NCBI RefSeq assembly: GCF_964204645.1
Contig: NC_134028.1
Span: 24,238,345-24,302,344, forward strand
From: Tubulanus polymorphus
Lineage: Eukaryota > Animalia > Nemertea
Length of the DNA: 64,000 nt
Direction: 5' to 3'
Below the pieces are notes generated by a model that ran no database searches, was not told the DNA's origin, and saw only the letters and a list, made by a program, of their open reading frames with translations. Shown in pieces: positions 1 to 13,817 of this stretch. Made by a program: the position numbers and the translations under genes. Every line of letters begins with the position of its first letter. The first letter of the stretch is position 1.

Positions 1-670
1 TAGTAATGTGCTAACTGATGCTTTAGATATTACCAAAGTGCATTAAAAATAGGTAAAAACTCTCAACACCTTGATGGTGATGGAGAGTGTCTTGAGGCCT
101 ACTAATAGGGGAAAAACTACTAGCAACAAAGCGGAACGATGAAATGACTTACTAAAAAAAACTGAAACAATTTGCTGAAAGATTCCGATGACAAAGGCCG
201 TAAAATGATGATTGGATGATGTCATTGTATTCACCTTGAGGCAATCGCGTTTTGAAATTTTTCAAACACAAATTCGTGTTTTCCGTCGGTCGCCCGTGGC
301 GCATTCACGCGACGACACAGTCGGGAAATTTAATTTGGAAGTTTGAGCGCGTTAAAAAAGATGAAAAATCAAAACAGCGTAGAAAAGCATTACGAACCTC
401 AACGAGCATTAGAGGCGCCTCGAATACGAGATTACGATTCCCCTCCACCTTTCAAAATCCATCAAAGACACTATTGGCTTAGAGGGAGATAGAGGGAAGA
501 AATCCACATCAGTCAAATGCAACAAGGAACCACAACTTCCCACCTATTGCCCCACTAAAGCTAGTTAGTCCATTTCATTTTGGCTTGTACCTCAAACAAT
601 CCATAGAACCTATAGCTTCTATTCACACAGGGAAATGATCCGTTCTAAAATTCAGAATTGTTTGTTTGTT

Positions 671-676
<6 letters not shown>

Positions 677-761
<85 letters not shown>
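677..761. repeat. (TA)n microsatellite
   Basis: Uninterrupted TA run of about 85 bp. Confidence 0.95.
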
Positions 762-763
<2 letters not shown>

Positions 764-3639
764 TATTTCATCTCGCACAGATGAACACATTTGCTAATTC
801 TATAATGGAACGGACGCTAATTCTATAATTTTGAACAGACTTGATTGAATTGCAACGACTTAATTCAGAACGGACTTTTTGCTAGTACGAACACTCGGTC
901 CATCGGTCCATTCTAAATTGAAACGGACTAAATCTAGACCGTTCTACATAACATAACTTAGTGCGAATGCCGCTTTTAGCATTAGCAACTCAATTCACTT
1001 ATTCAGCATTTAGCTTATTTAGCATCCGCTTATGCAGCCAATTCCATAGCGACTCTAGAAGTAGACGCTAGCGATTGTGGAATTGGATCGCGGCAGCAGT
1101 TTCATAAATCTTAAAAAGAGATAGCGGAAAACCTAATGACGTCAATGCGGTGCACGCACAGACAGAGACATGCACGTTCCGAGAACGTTTTAATCCGACG
1201 ATTGAAACTTCCATGAATTTCGACCGCGATAAAATGAAAACGTCAAGACATCCGCCGGGACCATCAGTCTCAGAACAACCCACCAAATAATCGATGATAC
1301 CGACAGACATCTCGGTTTACTTAAATCAGAAAATGTCAAAGCGTTGACGCGTGCTGTAAAAAAAAATAAATCAACCTTCACGACGCTTCGAGAGTTCGAA
1401 TTCCGAGGTAAGCGACAGTAAGTTCTACGCTTAACCCATCCAGTGCAACTACACCCCAGCGCGGTGTATAAATCAGCGATGCGGTGTACTGATGTAATAA
1501 CTAATTAGTGTTTGTCTCTATTGAAAGATGGGAGCACCTGTCAATCATAGTGATATATATTAGTAACTAACAATACACCGCACCGTGGTGTAGATGCACT
1601 AAAGCAATATTCCCGTTACTCAACACACTGGGGTGAAATTTGAGAAATGTTCGAATTATCTCCAGCACTATCGGGTATTAATTAGTTAGCTCTGAAAGGG
1701 TTAATAACCGTTGCTTCGGTTATTTATGTAAATTGGTTTTCGAGTCTTGCCATGTATTTCGATGTCCATTTTCCCAGGCGTCATACCCTCCCGGCGGGAA
1801 TATCAAGTCATTTCCACATCGCTTACCGAAGCTTTAATCAGGTTGGTCACTCGCTATCGCATGTCTGATGACTATTCAACGATGTATAGCTTCCAGGGAA
1901 GAGGATACTTCATCTTAGTTGACAGTTGTCTGTATTAGTAAGACATAAATACATGAATATAGTATGTTTCGTATGTACTACTATGTCGGCGATGTTTTTT
2001 TTTCATATACATAAACATACAGGAAAGTAATGGATATTGTATTCGACATTCGACCAGGAATAACCACATTCATTTACATGTACTCAATTTCTCATTCAAG
2101 GCGTATGAAGTAGCTGGTACCGATATAGATTTGAAAGTCTTTTGATCATCTTCACAAAAAGTGCCTCGGTTTAGAAATCTATCTGAAAATCTATTCTACA
2201 AACTTTTCCTCCGTTTCTGAAACCTGAAACTGTTCAAATTAAACAATCGCCCTCTTGCGGCGAATCTGCTATCAAACACACAAATTTTCATCGCCATAAA
2301 AACCGTTGCAATAATTTCTATATAAATTGATACCTAGAATGCGTTATTCAAGGGGTTCTGCGTGAGTCGATGTGCACTACGTCTTCAATATTGGCATCTC
2401 AAAATAACTCTCAATATATTTCCAAATTTAAAATAACTTTGATACTTGATAGTTTATTATTTCTATTATTCATTGCCGACTCTATCAAGCAATATATGAG
2501 ATACTTTTCTAGGCATCGACGAATTTTAGTTTTCATGTTCAGCCTGTGTCGGTCTTTTGTATCATTTTACCGCGCGAACATCATGAAAAACATATCGACG
2601 CACACATCGCAGCATCAAGAATGAACGTGATCACATTTCACACACACACCGGCAATAATGATGAAGCCAATATCGCAGAAATTAAAAATATCGAAACGTG
2701 ATAAATTTCTCATTCCATCGAAGTCAACGTTAGGAGCGGGTGTTACACGTGATGAAAAATTCATCGGTCATTCATTATCGTTCTTATCGGTGAATTTCTC
2801 TTTTTTTAAAGTGATTAAATGATTTCACGTTATGAATATTCGTTATTCATCCATCATTTAACGACTCGGTATTTTCGCAATAAACGCGACGAAACGCGAC
2901 GTCGAAACCCGTCGTAAAATGACGTCGAAACCCGTCGTAAAGTAAACGCTCGATTGTTTTTTTTCCTCGCGAAGAATCGATTTCGAAATGATAACGATCT
3001 TTGTATAAATCATGAATTTTTCCATCGCCGTTTAACGTTTATTGTAGCTGAGAATTTCATCGTCGAAAATGACGTGTTCTATTATTGCGAGTAAGAATGA
3101 AAAAGCTGAGCACCGAAAATAAATACATCATCGCCGAACCGCAACTTCAGCTATGCCACCAGATGGCATGACAAGTACTCATTTAGGAATTAGTTCAACA
3201 ATCAATTTTGAACTGAATTTTTAGGCTCCCGTGTCCATAATGGGTAAGTTTTCATTGATAATTCATTTATTCAAGAGAAAATTTTCATTCGAAACTGAAA
3301 AATAAGGAAAAAATTGAAAAAGAAAGACTGAGCAACCACTAGCGACACCTGGTGGATCCTCGCTTGCCATTAATGAGATCCTTGCTTGCCACAGCAGCGT
3401 TGGAGCTTTCCCGCCGATCTGGCTGCGAAATTTATGATATCAGCCTAATAGATCAATATCTCAGATATAATCAATTATTAATAAAATATCAATTATTATG
3501 ATAGACCTGACTTTTGCTGCCATGGTGATTGTTTCAATTCGCCATTCTAAAGAGATATTCCTGTAATTGGCGAGTGACCTATTAAATATCACCAGCCATT
3601 TCCCATGACCAACGACACTCCCAATTAACGAGGTATAAG

Positions 3640-3641
<2 letters not shown>

Positions 3642-3722
<81 letters not shown>

Positions 3723-3741
3723 TTATAATTATATATATATA
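3642..3741. repeat. (TA)n microsatellite with degenerate right edge
   Basis: TA run; explains the YIYIYI ORF 3641..3886. Confidence 0.95.
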
Positions 3742-5094
3742 ATCCCACAGTAAGAAGAGAAACCATAGTTGAATTGAAAACGTACTGGAAATTATTCCGA
3801 TTTTGAGAGCGGTTCAATATTTCAAGGAATAAGCGACATCCCAAAACAGTAGAAATAGCAGCCGTAGTCAGGTCTGTCATAGTCATCTTCAGGAAAATTA
3901 GAATCCGGTCAAAACGTTGAATAAACTAGTGACTCAAAAACAATTTCAGACATAAGATGTCATTATCAGTGTAAGATTTTATATTGTATCATCATCACAA
4001 CCATAGACAGAGTATTCTTCATCAATGGTAAAGTATGAGATGATAGTAATGTTTATTTGTCAGTCAATGGGTTAAACATATTCCAGTTAGAGTCGCTTCG
4101 TAGATGTTTAATTGGCTTATTTCAAGTTTCAAATGACATCGTAACGAAAGCGTTCTAATGAAGAGAAGGCTAATCAAATGACGCGTATGCGGTACACTCG
4201 AGTAGCAGTGACTGAGATATGATATACGGAATCATCTACGAGACATCTGGTTCAACGGTGACATCTGACAATATGCCACCAAACTAGGCACGCGAAAATG
4301 CTTTCAATTGATCGCTTGCTGACAATTAACCGCTCACCAGGGAAATCAAACATCTTCATTAAACTACTGCGTTGTCTGTATTTTTTTTCGCGCGCGAAAA
4401 TAGCCACAGAAATCAGTACACAAAATGACAAAGCCGAAATCTAAAAAGTGCTATCAGCAATATTTCAGTGAAAGAAAATGTTCAAAATTGATTAATCAGT
4501 AATCAACAGTAAGCCCCTCAGTAACAGCATTCATATTCTCGTTATGAAACAAACAAATTCTCGTTATGAAATAGTAACAAATACTGAGAATCAGGAACAA
4601 TTGGCAGCTCTGTTAACTGCCATCCTCTACGTCGCTATCGCAGCACGTCATAGGTGTCGATTTTCGCTTGCATAGAACGTCTCCGTTTTCGGAACAGCAA
4701 CCGATCCGTACCCGGCGAGCGTCTCAAACTATCGGCGTATTCGTTTGACCGAGGTTCGCGCGTCGTGACGAACGAAACTTTTTTTCCGAACTTCAAAAAC
4801 CGCTCGGTCGTTGCCATGGCGATAAAACGCGGGATCCAAGGGATCAAACGTCATCGCGTAGAAGATTTGAAGTTTTATTGAGGGATAATGCACCGTCGCT
4901 CAGAGACATCGCAGCCGTACAGATGAATATACAACCGCATTTCTTCCACTATATTATCATCAATGCCGTGTAATGGAGATTTTTCAATCCCGATTCAACG
5001 CTGCCCAATTTCTCCTATTGTTCTGACTATCTCTCCCAGTCGAACTAAGCTGCTATTGCGAATGACACAGAAACTAGTTGCAGACTGTCACTAA

Positions 5095-5375
5095 CAGGGT
5101 TCCTACTGATCAGTCATTCCTGTTTTAAGGAGTTTTAAAAGAGAAGATTTCAAATTTCAGGTTTAGTGTTTGCATCACTTACATGAGATAATTACAGTAG
5201 ATTTGGTACTGTTTACAGTAGACTCCTCCTAAATCGGTACTGTTTATCTCGGTAAACAATTAATTTGGTGGTTTTGTAGGCGAGTTTCTAATTCAGTAAC
5301 TGCCTGTCAAATTAAAGGAGTTTCAAGCGGTTTCAAAAGCATTTTCCGTTTAGAAGGAGTTTTTAAGGAATCAAC
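5095..5375. mobile_element. MITE family A, partial copy (CAGGG-ended, hAT-like)
   Basis: CAGGGTTCCTACTGATCAGTCATTCCTG...AAGGAGTTTT...TAAGGAATCAA is shared with 10090-10448 and 54101-54832. Confidence 0.7.
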
Positions 5376-8300
5376 TGGCTTAGTTTAACTAATCTCAACG
5401 CAGCCGACCTACACACACAGTTGCAACCGATCACATTGCATCGTAAGTCAACCTACGTCTGGCTTCACAAGCCTAGCATAGCCAGGTACGAAACAGGGGG
5501 CTTAGATTTTGCCGGATAGATACCTATTCACAAACTGATTAGGCTACAGCTTTCTAGATGATAAATAGTAAGAAAATTCTAGAATTCTAGACTAGACGAG
5601 CAGATGGGAATATCTCATGAGGCTTATTGATAAAATTTGCAAATATTATTTATATATTCAAATTGACGGTTATTCAAATATGACCAGTAGACTGCGTCTC
5701 AATAAATACAACAAGTGTTTGAACAGTTGTTTGATATGAGACCCTACAGACGCAACTGATGTTCATACCTATCAAAACATCAGGCAACAAAAATATAAAT
5801 CTCATTTTCCATTGAAATCCAACCCGGAGCAACAATCCACATGGAGATAATATTACAGAGAAATCAAGATATCAGCCCGTTAAAACGACTATAGATCATC
5901 AAAGGGCTGAGAAATAGTGAAATGTCGAAAATGCATAAGTTGCTTTTTATTCTTCACCGTCGACAGAGGCTGGTAACGAAAATGAAGATTTAGAATTTAG
6001 AATAATCTCTGAAGATGGAAGTTATCTTCTGAAAACATCAGCAAAACTGAATTTACAGTTAATGTTTCAGTACTATTGTGGGTTCTTTAAATATACCAGT
6101 TCCGTAGTCACGACTTAGACCGTAGACCAGTCTAAGACGGTCTCAGTTCTGTAGATATAAGACAATTTTTCAGGTGCCAGTTGAACAGTCGTGGCTTAGG
6201 TTTAAGACCGGCTTGAGACCATCTTAGTATAACCGATCTAACAACCTAATACTAATCTCAAGATTTAAGACCACTTTTTGACTTAAGCTACAACTGAGCC
6301 AAGAAGTCGCGAACCCAGCCATCTAGTTATTCAATACTTGTTTTATTTACACTAATCATTGAGTTGTTGTTTTACAGAACTTCAAAAGTTCATCGAAAGA
6401 GTAGACATTCCTAGAATAAAGCGTTCGTTCGTATATATACTTCCATCATACTGCACGTACAGCTTAGTAAAGAAGATCGGTTTTCAGAACTGAGATACGC
6501 GCAACTACTTTAAAGGTCTAGGTTTCAGTTTTCAGCCGAAAAACGGCTCGGTTGGCTGAAGTAAGATTATATTCATCACCTTGGCGACGACGGCGGCAGA
6601 AAGACCAGCGTAAAAAAATCATTCTAAATATAGTCAACCGACGACTAAACACACGACGCAGTGTATCGCATCCAGGGCCGCAGCCACCGCCGCTGTGTAA
6701 GAAGTTTCTTCAGAGGAATTGTTATAGAAAACCTTCTTCGTCTTGTTCATAATATATATTCTCATCGACTAAACAATGGTCAGAATCTAAGCGGCGAAAG
6801 ATAATATTCTCGCGAACACGATTTCGCTCTCAATTTTCTATTTCAATTAATTCCATACAAAAACGCGATATAACGATTTTAAGATGTATGATAATCACAT
6901 AATCCAGGATGATAAAGGTCATTGTAAAAAAATGATAATAGTGGAAAATTGAGAAGATAATGAGGGTCTACTTAAGCCGAAAGTAGCCGAGGAATTTTAA
7001 AAAGTAAAACATAAGAAGAGTTAAAAGAGCAGAGATGTAAGTGGTCAAAAGAGAAAAAAAAAGGAAAATAGTTGATGTCAAGTAGTGTTCTCAGACGCAA
7101 TTTCACAGCATTCTTTTTTACCAGGAAAATGAAGAAAAAAAAACGGTAGTCTCACATCTATGAAAGAGTAAAAGAAGAATGAAAAGGAGGTTGAATGATT
7201 TATCGCGAATGCGATTTAGGAACAATTGACAACATTTCAGACCGAGCTGTCAGGAAATAACTGGCGTTCTGTGTGGCTGGTCAACGAGAATGACGACACG
7301 TCTGGAGAGGAAATTTATAAAACGACCGACTGCCAGGCAACTGGTGGTTGTGGTCTGACACTGGTTTAAACGATCGAACCAAATGGTAGACATGTATATA
7401 CAAGATATTGACATGACTGATGTAATGGACAAACCATGTGTGTTGATCTAATCAACTGATCTCAATGAAATGCTTAGATTGTCCAATATCTATTACTAGT
7501 CCGAGAGTCCGCGATAAGAGTAAATCAGTTTCAGTTACAGAGACAGGCTGGTCATTGTCGCGTTGAGTTGATGACATAAAATCCACGAATCTTACAAGCA
7601 CCGCTGATTCAGTCAGGGTCGCCACTTTTCGCCCATTCACAAAGGTATTTTCAATGTTGAAATTCCAAGAGTGGATATGAAGGAATTTCTTAAAATGTTA
7701 TGATTTTATTCATTTTTCATTGAATCACATTTTTCATGAATTGATAGAAAAATGTTTGGTCAATATCATTATCCTAATTCCCTGATTTTTCCAGGTTTTT
7801 GGTAATTTTTCAAATTCCAGGGATTTCCCTGATTCATTATAGATTTCTTTAGTTTTCCAGGTCAGTGGCTGCATGTGTATTCAGCGTAGCATCAAGGAGA
7901 TGATTGTCATCTGACATTTGGTGGAAGAAAAAACCGTTCGCCAGTCGAGATAAACTAATCAAATCTTCTTGTACAAAAATAATGTAGTCCTGGAAAAAAT
8001 CTTCATTTTTTCAACGCGTCTGTTCTGGTCCGATAGAACCGATCCGTTAAATAGCTGCCGGAAAAAGACGACGAATTCTCATCCGAAATTGATTCCGACC
8101 CGACGAATTAACGAACAACACAAGCCTTTTATCTGAAAGTTAAATATTTGATGGGAAAAGCGACGCGAAATCTAATCAACATTCCAACTTCATTCAAAAC
8201 AGCTTTTGAAGTTCACTCGGCATATGAATCTTTGACGAGATTTTGTGCTCGAAAAACTACGAACAGAGTCTAGAAAAAGAACCGAAACCACTTCTTTCAA

Positions 8301-10089
8301 TTTACCTAGAACCACGAGACTTAATCAAATTTCGGCATAGACTTTGAACCGGAGCGTCCTAAATGAGCCGATATTTCAGCGTTATCGATCCCTGATTCCA
8401 GGTAAGACGAGGAGGAGGTACCAAAAGGAAGTCAACAGCTGCGGAATGTAGACCCCCCCCCCCCCCCCCGATACGCTATAAACGTCGTTGCAAGATTAAA
8501 TGCCTACGAGGTATATATTAAACCCCGCTCGATTATCCATACTGCAGTCAATACGTACAGCAGTTGTCGGAGGATAATCTTCAGACATGTCGTCTTAATA
8601 ATCGATACGCGATAATTGTACACATCATCACAGGTCTCTCTGATTAGTCGAATACGATCACAATGACAAATCTGGCCACGGTGTCGTGTAAAACGATCAA
8701 TATAACCTTACTACCTTGGTTCAAAGAAATAAATCATTGACATATTAATAATCTATTATTGGGCCATTACACATTAGAGAATAATCACGTTTAATGGGCA
8801 TCATTAGTACGCCTATTAAAGACTAGCAGAGTGAAAGTAATTAACGCTGAACGCGATACACAACGCACGCGCGCGCGCGCTCGCGGACAAGCGAGAAGTG
8901 GACGCAAATTTTGACTGGTTTTAAATGTCAATGCGCAGTAAGTGCCAGATTTTGAAAGGTTTTCCTTTCAACATAAATGGATAAGCGATGAACCAAGAAA
9001 AATATGCAATTTTGCTATTTTTGGTGGAAGAAATGCCCTTTTTGTAATAAAGAACTCGAAATTCTTGTTTTCGAGTCTGAATATCTTGGGTTAGGCTCGA
9101 ATTTCCTGTTTCAGAGTATTCCATATTTTATCTGAACTTAAGAAGGCAAGGCATGGTACAAGAGAGCAGTATAATAATTGATCCCAGCTACTTGCATGTC
9201 CCTTATTCTTTCTTATTCATGGAGAACTAGATATGGGCAACACTAATACGCCTAATCCTATGTATTTTTCGAAATCTTTGTCACTTTCTAATCACTCAGT
9301 TACCGATTATCACTCAATTTCATTTTAATCGAATATTTTTACATTCATTGTCAACGACATTCAAAAGTTATTATATCGATAGGGGATGGGGGAATTTGCT
9401 ACTTCTCCCTGTCAGGGGTGGACCCGGGAATTTTGCTAGGGGTTCACACTTATTCAAATGGCTGAAAGGTTTTAGAATTTGGCTTTGAGATGCATTGCGA
9501 GATGTATCGATCGTACAACGATTAGATGCAGGATCACTAGGCAATAAGTACACTTTCACCTATCCTGGAAAGGTAGATCTTGATTTTTTCTGGCGGCTTT
9601 TAAGAGGCTTCGACCGAACCACCCCAGCCATAATGCACATGTATGAAGACAAGGGTCCAGGGAAAAATCAGCTAACTCTGTATAGGAAACTATAATGTTT
9701 ATGTTTGTTCGCTTGAATTTTGCTTTACGTCGTCGTCCTTCGGATCTTAGTTTCCCAGGAATTCAACTCAATAAAAATGTGACACAATCGTATCGGCTGT
9801 ACTTACATCGGTGTCGGGCCCTTTATCCGCGCCCGGGCATTGGAAGTTCACAAATTCATGACATCGTTTGTGAACGGCAAAACAGCAAACTGAAATATAG
9901 ATATTTCGATGTAGCTACTATTGGGTTATGATATTTCTACGCGGTAAAATGAACTGGGTGTGTCACAAATAGTGTATATCAATTAAACCCTAATCGTCAG
10001 TAATCGAATATCAATCAAATAACGAGTCAGTATCAATGGAGTCGGTATCAAATCAATTTTGGGTGGTGATAATTCAGAAATATGTACGC

Positions 10090-10448
10090 AGATCAGTCAT
10101 TCCTGGATATAAGGAGTTTTAAAGGAGAACATTTCAAATTTTGAGGAAGTGTCTGCATCACCTCCTCCTAAATTGGTACCGTTTATCTCAGTAAACCATT
10201 AATTCAGTGGATTCGTAAGCAAATTATACACTACCCTCGATTTCTAATTCGGTAACCGCTTACCGGTAATTGGAAAAAATCCTTCGTCCAAACTGTATCA
10301 ATTTAGGCATAATCTACTGTACAACTAAGAACTAGATACAATTACTAGAGGCCCGATTTCTCAAAATTGAAGTTTCCGAGTTTCAAGCACTTTCAAAGCG
10401 ATTTCCATTTAGAGGGTGTTTTTAAGGAATCAAGGAGTCGTAGGGACA
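10090..10448. mobile_element. MITE family A copy
   Basis: GATCAGTCATTCCTGGATATAAGGAGTTTT...TAAGGAATCAAGGAGTCGTAGGGAC is colinear with the other two copies and lacks the nested insert at 54352-54679. Confidence 0.75.
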
Positions 10449-11834
10449 TTGATATATATTTCGATTATGAGAAATATTGAACTAGTACTTGACAATAGTA
10501 AAGCTAACAACCAGCTGGCACTAGAGAGTTACTAGAGATGCACTAGAGATGTCCGGCTGTCAAAGCTTTTAATTAAACATTGAAAAAATTACAGCTTTCC
10601 AATAGAAATCTAATATGATCATTTCATAACTGTTTATTAAACAAACTTATAATATGAGTCTGAGAGGTTGATAAACAAAACAGCAAAATATCTACAAAGG
10701 GTAAAAAATGTTTCTACTTCGCAGTCGTACCATACTGCAAATGATGAACATACCTTTGCACTGAAATCCTTGCTTGCCAAATCCCCTATAATAAATAAAC
10801 AAAACGAAGAGAGCATCAAGAAAATGAATCGAAACTTTTATTTTCATACAAGTAAATTTAATTTTGAATAGTTTGAGATGAAAAATGGAGGGGCATAAAT
10901 TTACTGAATCAGATCATCAGTAAATTGCTATTTAGCTTTAACTGGAGTTACGCAGTGACATCGCCGCAGGTCGGACAGGTCCGAGATTTGTCGGACCAAT
11001 AATCGAAAACATGAATCTTTCGGAAATAACAAAAATTTAAGGCCTATTTATTTTGTAGGCCTATAACAAGTATACTGGGAGAAATGGTCCAAAAACAGTA
11101 GGCACCTGGTGCCAATCCTGAAGAATACAATACAGTAAAATGTATGTAGATGCATCTAATCTTGTAGATTTTATGGGGAGGGCCCCGGACCCTGTAAGAG
11201 GTTTCGCGCCCATGGCGCTCGCCTTTCCAGAAGCTCACATATATATACATAATTTTTTCATATCTGACCAAAAAAATGAAGGATACGTTACTGTTACAGC
11301 GATGAGACTAGGTCTACAGAACCAAAAGGATCTCAAAATTCTACAGGACAGGAGTCAGGAGTGGACTGCCAAAAATGAATGACTCAATTAGAAATAATCA
11401 GTGGTGCGGAATCGGACCCACTGATACCAAGAAAGGCACTTCAAAAAAGTCACTAATAGTAATAGATAGCATAAATATCTTAAATAATTTCTCAAGTGAT
11501 TAATATTGTATGTTATATCTTTAGAATTATGGTTCATGGCATTCGGTAGTATGAGAGATCTTTAGTGATATTTTTACTAATTATGCAGTGCAGTCAAACA
11601 CCGTTCAGCTAGTATGTAAAACCCACAATAAATAGGATTAAGACCATGTTTATGTGCCATCATGGACATCAAAAACCATGTGGTCTATTGACAAGACGCG
11701 GTCCTGGTTGGAGAAGCCGTAGGTGCTATGAGCTAACTACTACTGCTGCCGGTACTGTGCTGGTGGCAGCGGATACAGAGCCAACAAGAGAGCCTGGGAG
11801 TTTGGAGAGGAGTGAAAGTAAAATAGATACCCAC

Positions 11835-11998
11835 CAGATAAAATCCTTGCAATGTCCGCAGAATGTTGGCTGTTTAAAAAACCGAGCCATGAACTTATGA
11901 TCCTTAATCTCATGTACATTTTTCTGCCTGAACCCGCCCCTTCTTTGGACACCCTTCCACGGAACGAGCGGAGCTGGTGCTGGAGCATCGTCAGCCAT
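11835..11998 (-). CDS. PKC: Conventional protein kinase C, first coding exon (pseudosubstrate plus start of C1A); rest of gene lies left of the window
   Basis: [37 protein letters not shown] matches the cPKC N-terminus. Phase-2 donor TG|GTGGGT at 11834. The expected next exon (GFGKQGFQCQ-like) was not found in 1-11834. Confidence 0.93.
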
Positions 11999-12517
11999 GT
12001 TTGCAGCAGGATCGGGAATAGGCAGTGACAGCTGTTTACACTACTCATTCGCATAACCGACACTAGAGGCCGACACCGACCGAGCTACGGGAGATACAGT
12101 CGGTTCGGTTCGAATCCCGAATAAATAGAACGAAACATCCATTTTTAATATCTATCGTTATTTATTCATTATTCAATCAATCACCTTTCATGCATGGCAC
12201 ACGTACAAATTTCAAAGCACCAAAGTTCAAAAATCTATGACAATTTTGAGACTTTCATAATTTCGTATCACAGATTTTCTAGGTCGAGAGGATACACAAT
12301 TTCCATTAAGATGAATACATATTACACTATATACAACAGAGCAATCTTTCAGCTATATTCTATAAGCCATCCTCAATACCTGATGATGGATCAGCTGATA
12401 ATGGCTATCAAAACATAGCCGAAACATTGCTCTACAATAAATTTGTTAAACTTTTCATCCCTTTCTAGACTTATTGCGGAATCCCTCCTTGTTCTTGACT
12501 TTACATTTTCAGATATT

Positions 12518-13817
12518 TTAAATTTCCTTATTCCTTCTCTCAACCCAATTCTCAATTTTTCCTGAAAAACGAAAAAGACTGTATGAATATCCGGACTAAC
12601 TCGTATACTCGACAATTATGATTTTAGAGGCTTACCAGCAACACGATTGCAACGAGCCGTTTTCAGTGCAGATATCAATCTCTTTAATGTTGCTTTTTCG
12701 TCTTCAACTTCCGTCCATTTATGCAGCATTTGAAAACTCTGTTCTTTCAGGTCATCTCTGAAATCTTTCTGAATTACGATGATCTCACTTTCATCTAATA
12801 ATAGACGGCGTCCGAGACTTTTCCAATTGCTTAATATAGCGGGATCACTACTGAATTCACGAATCACTTCCTTAACTGAAACATCACAAAAATCATCAAA
12901 ACGGTTTGAAAAAGTTTGAAATAAAAGCAAATAAAACATTTCTGAAGATAACATCATCATATTTCCTTTGGTGTCTTGCAATAGCGGGTTAACTGGTGCC
13001 TTAATTGGAGGGACTCATCCCTCGATTTCAAAAGGCTTAGTCCAAACCTACTTTAAGAATCAATGTTTTTTATCTTTTAGTTGTTAAATCTTTTTAATCA
13101 TGAATAATTATTTCCTGTTTGACATCGAAGCAAAAGCATGAATATTGTTTTTGCAGCGGGAATAGATTATGCGATTTTGTTGTTTTCCGTGATGTTACCC
13201 TTTTTGGTCATCAATATTCTTTGGGGTATATAAATTGAGGGAAAGTTCAATCTAACTGCAGTTTAGGTCCCCTTTCTACTGTGGGGCACTAGTGTTATTA
13301 AAGAATAGTGTTATGGTTAGGTTTGGTGCATAACCATTAGGGACATTTAAACTGCAGTCGCAGATTTAGCATATTCCTTGGATTCCGTACCAATTTTTAA
13401 TTCTTCTTCTGTAGCTATATCTTCCTGTTGTGTCTTCATGCTTAATTGAGACATTCCATCACTGATTTCATTGTTTTCGCTATCCTCAGACGCTGTTGTA
13501 TCTTCGTCCGGTGGCGGCTCATAGTTGTCTAATTCTTTAACCACATCCTCATAGTTTCCATACTTCACGAGAATTTGGTGGAATGCGTTGTAAGATTTAG
13601 GGTGGTCTTTATGTTCTAGGATCTTCAGAAATGTCCGAAGTCGTTCTGTTCGAGTGGCGCACGACTGAATCTTCTCTTCATCTTCAGAAGACAGCAGGTT
13701 TTCACTTACTAACTCGTCGTGGATTTCATCTAAGTTTAACCGATCTGTCAGAACTTTACGACAACCTCTCAGTTTTCTCTTTTCCAGATTTCTTATCTTA
13801 GTTTCATTTTCTTGCAT
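12518..13817 (-). CDS. CARD + death-domain adaptor (RAIDD/CRADD-like architecture), 236 aa
   Basis: Exons 13817-13391, 12875-12636, 12561-12518, all GT-AG and phase 1. CARD pattern (VLTDRLNLDEIHDELVSENLLSSEDEEKI...FLKILEHK...YNAFHQIL), acidic linker, then death-domain pattern (NWKSLGRRL...LKEQSFQMLHKW...ATLKRLISALKTARCNRVAGKIE). Confidence 0.85.

Noticed and set aside
3415-3455. CGATCTGGCTGCGA resembling the 7SK RNA 5' stem
   Set aside because: Only a 14-nt match and a weak hairpin. I found no 3' stem, Pol III terminator or promoter; an Infernal search would settle it.
1400-8410. Strong plus-strand donors (GAG|GTAAGC near 1407, CAG|GTAAGA near 8401) as an antisense gene in the PKC intron
   Set aside because: No convincing coding exon precedes them; they need RNA evidence.
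12101-12120. GGTTCGAATCCC as part of a tRNA gene
   Set aside because: No cloverleaf or A-box can be built; it is an isolated B-box-like match near the PKC promoter.
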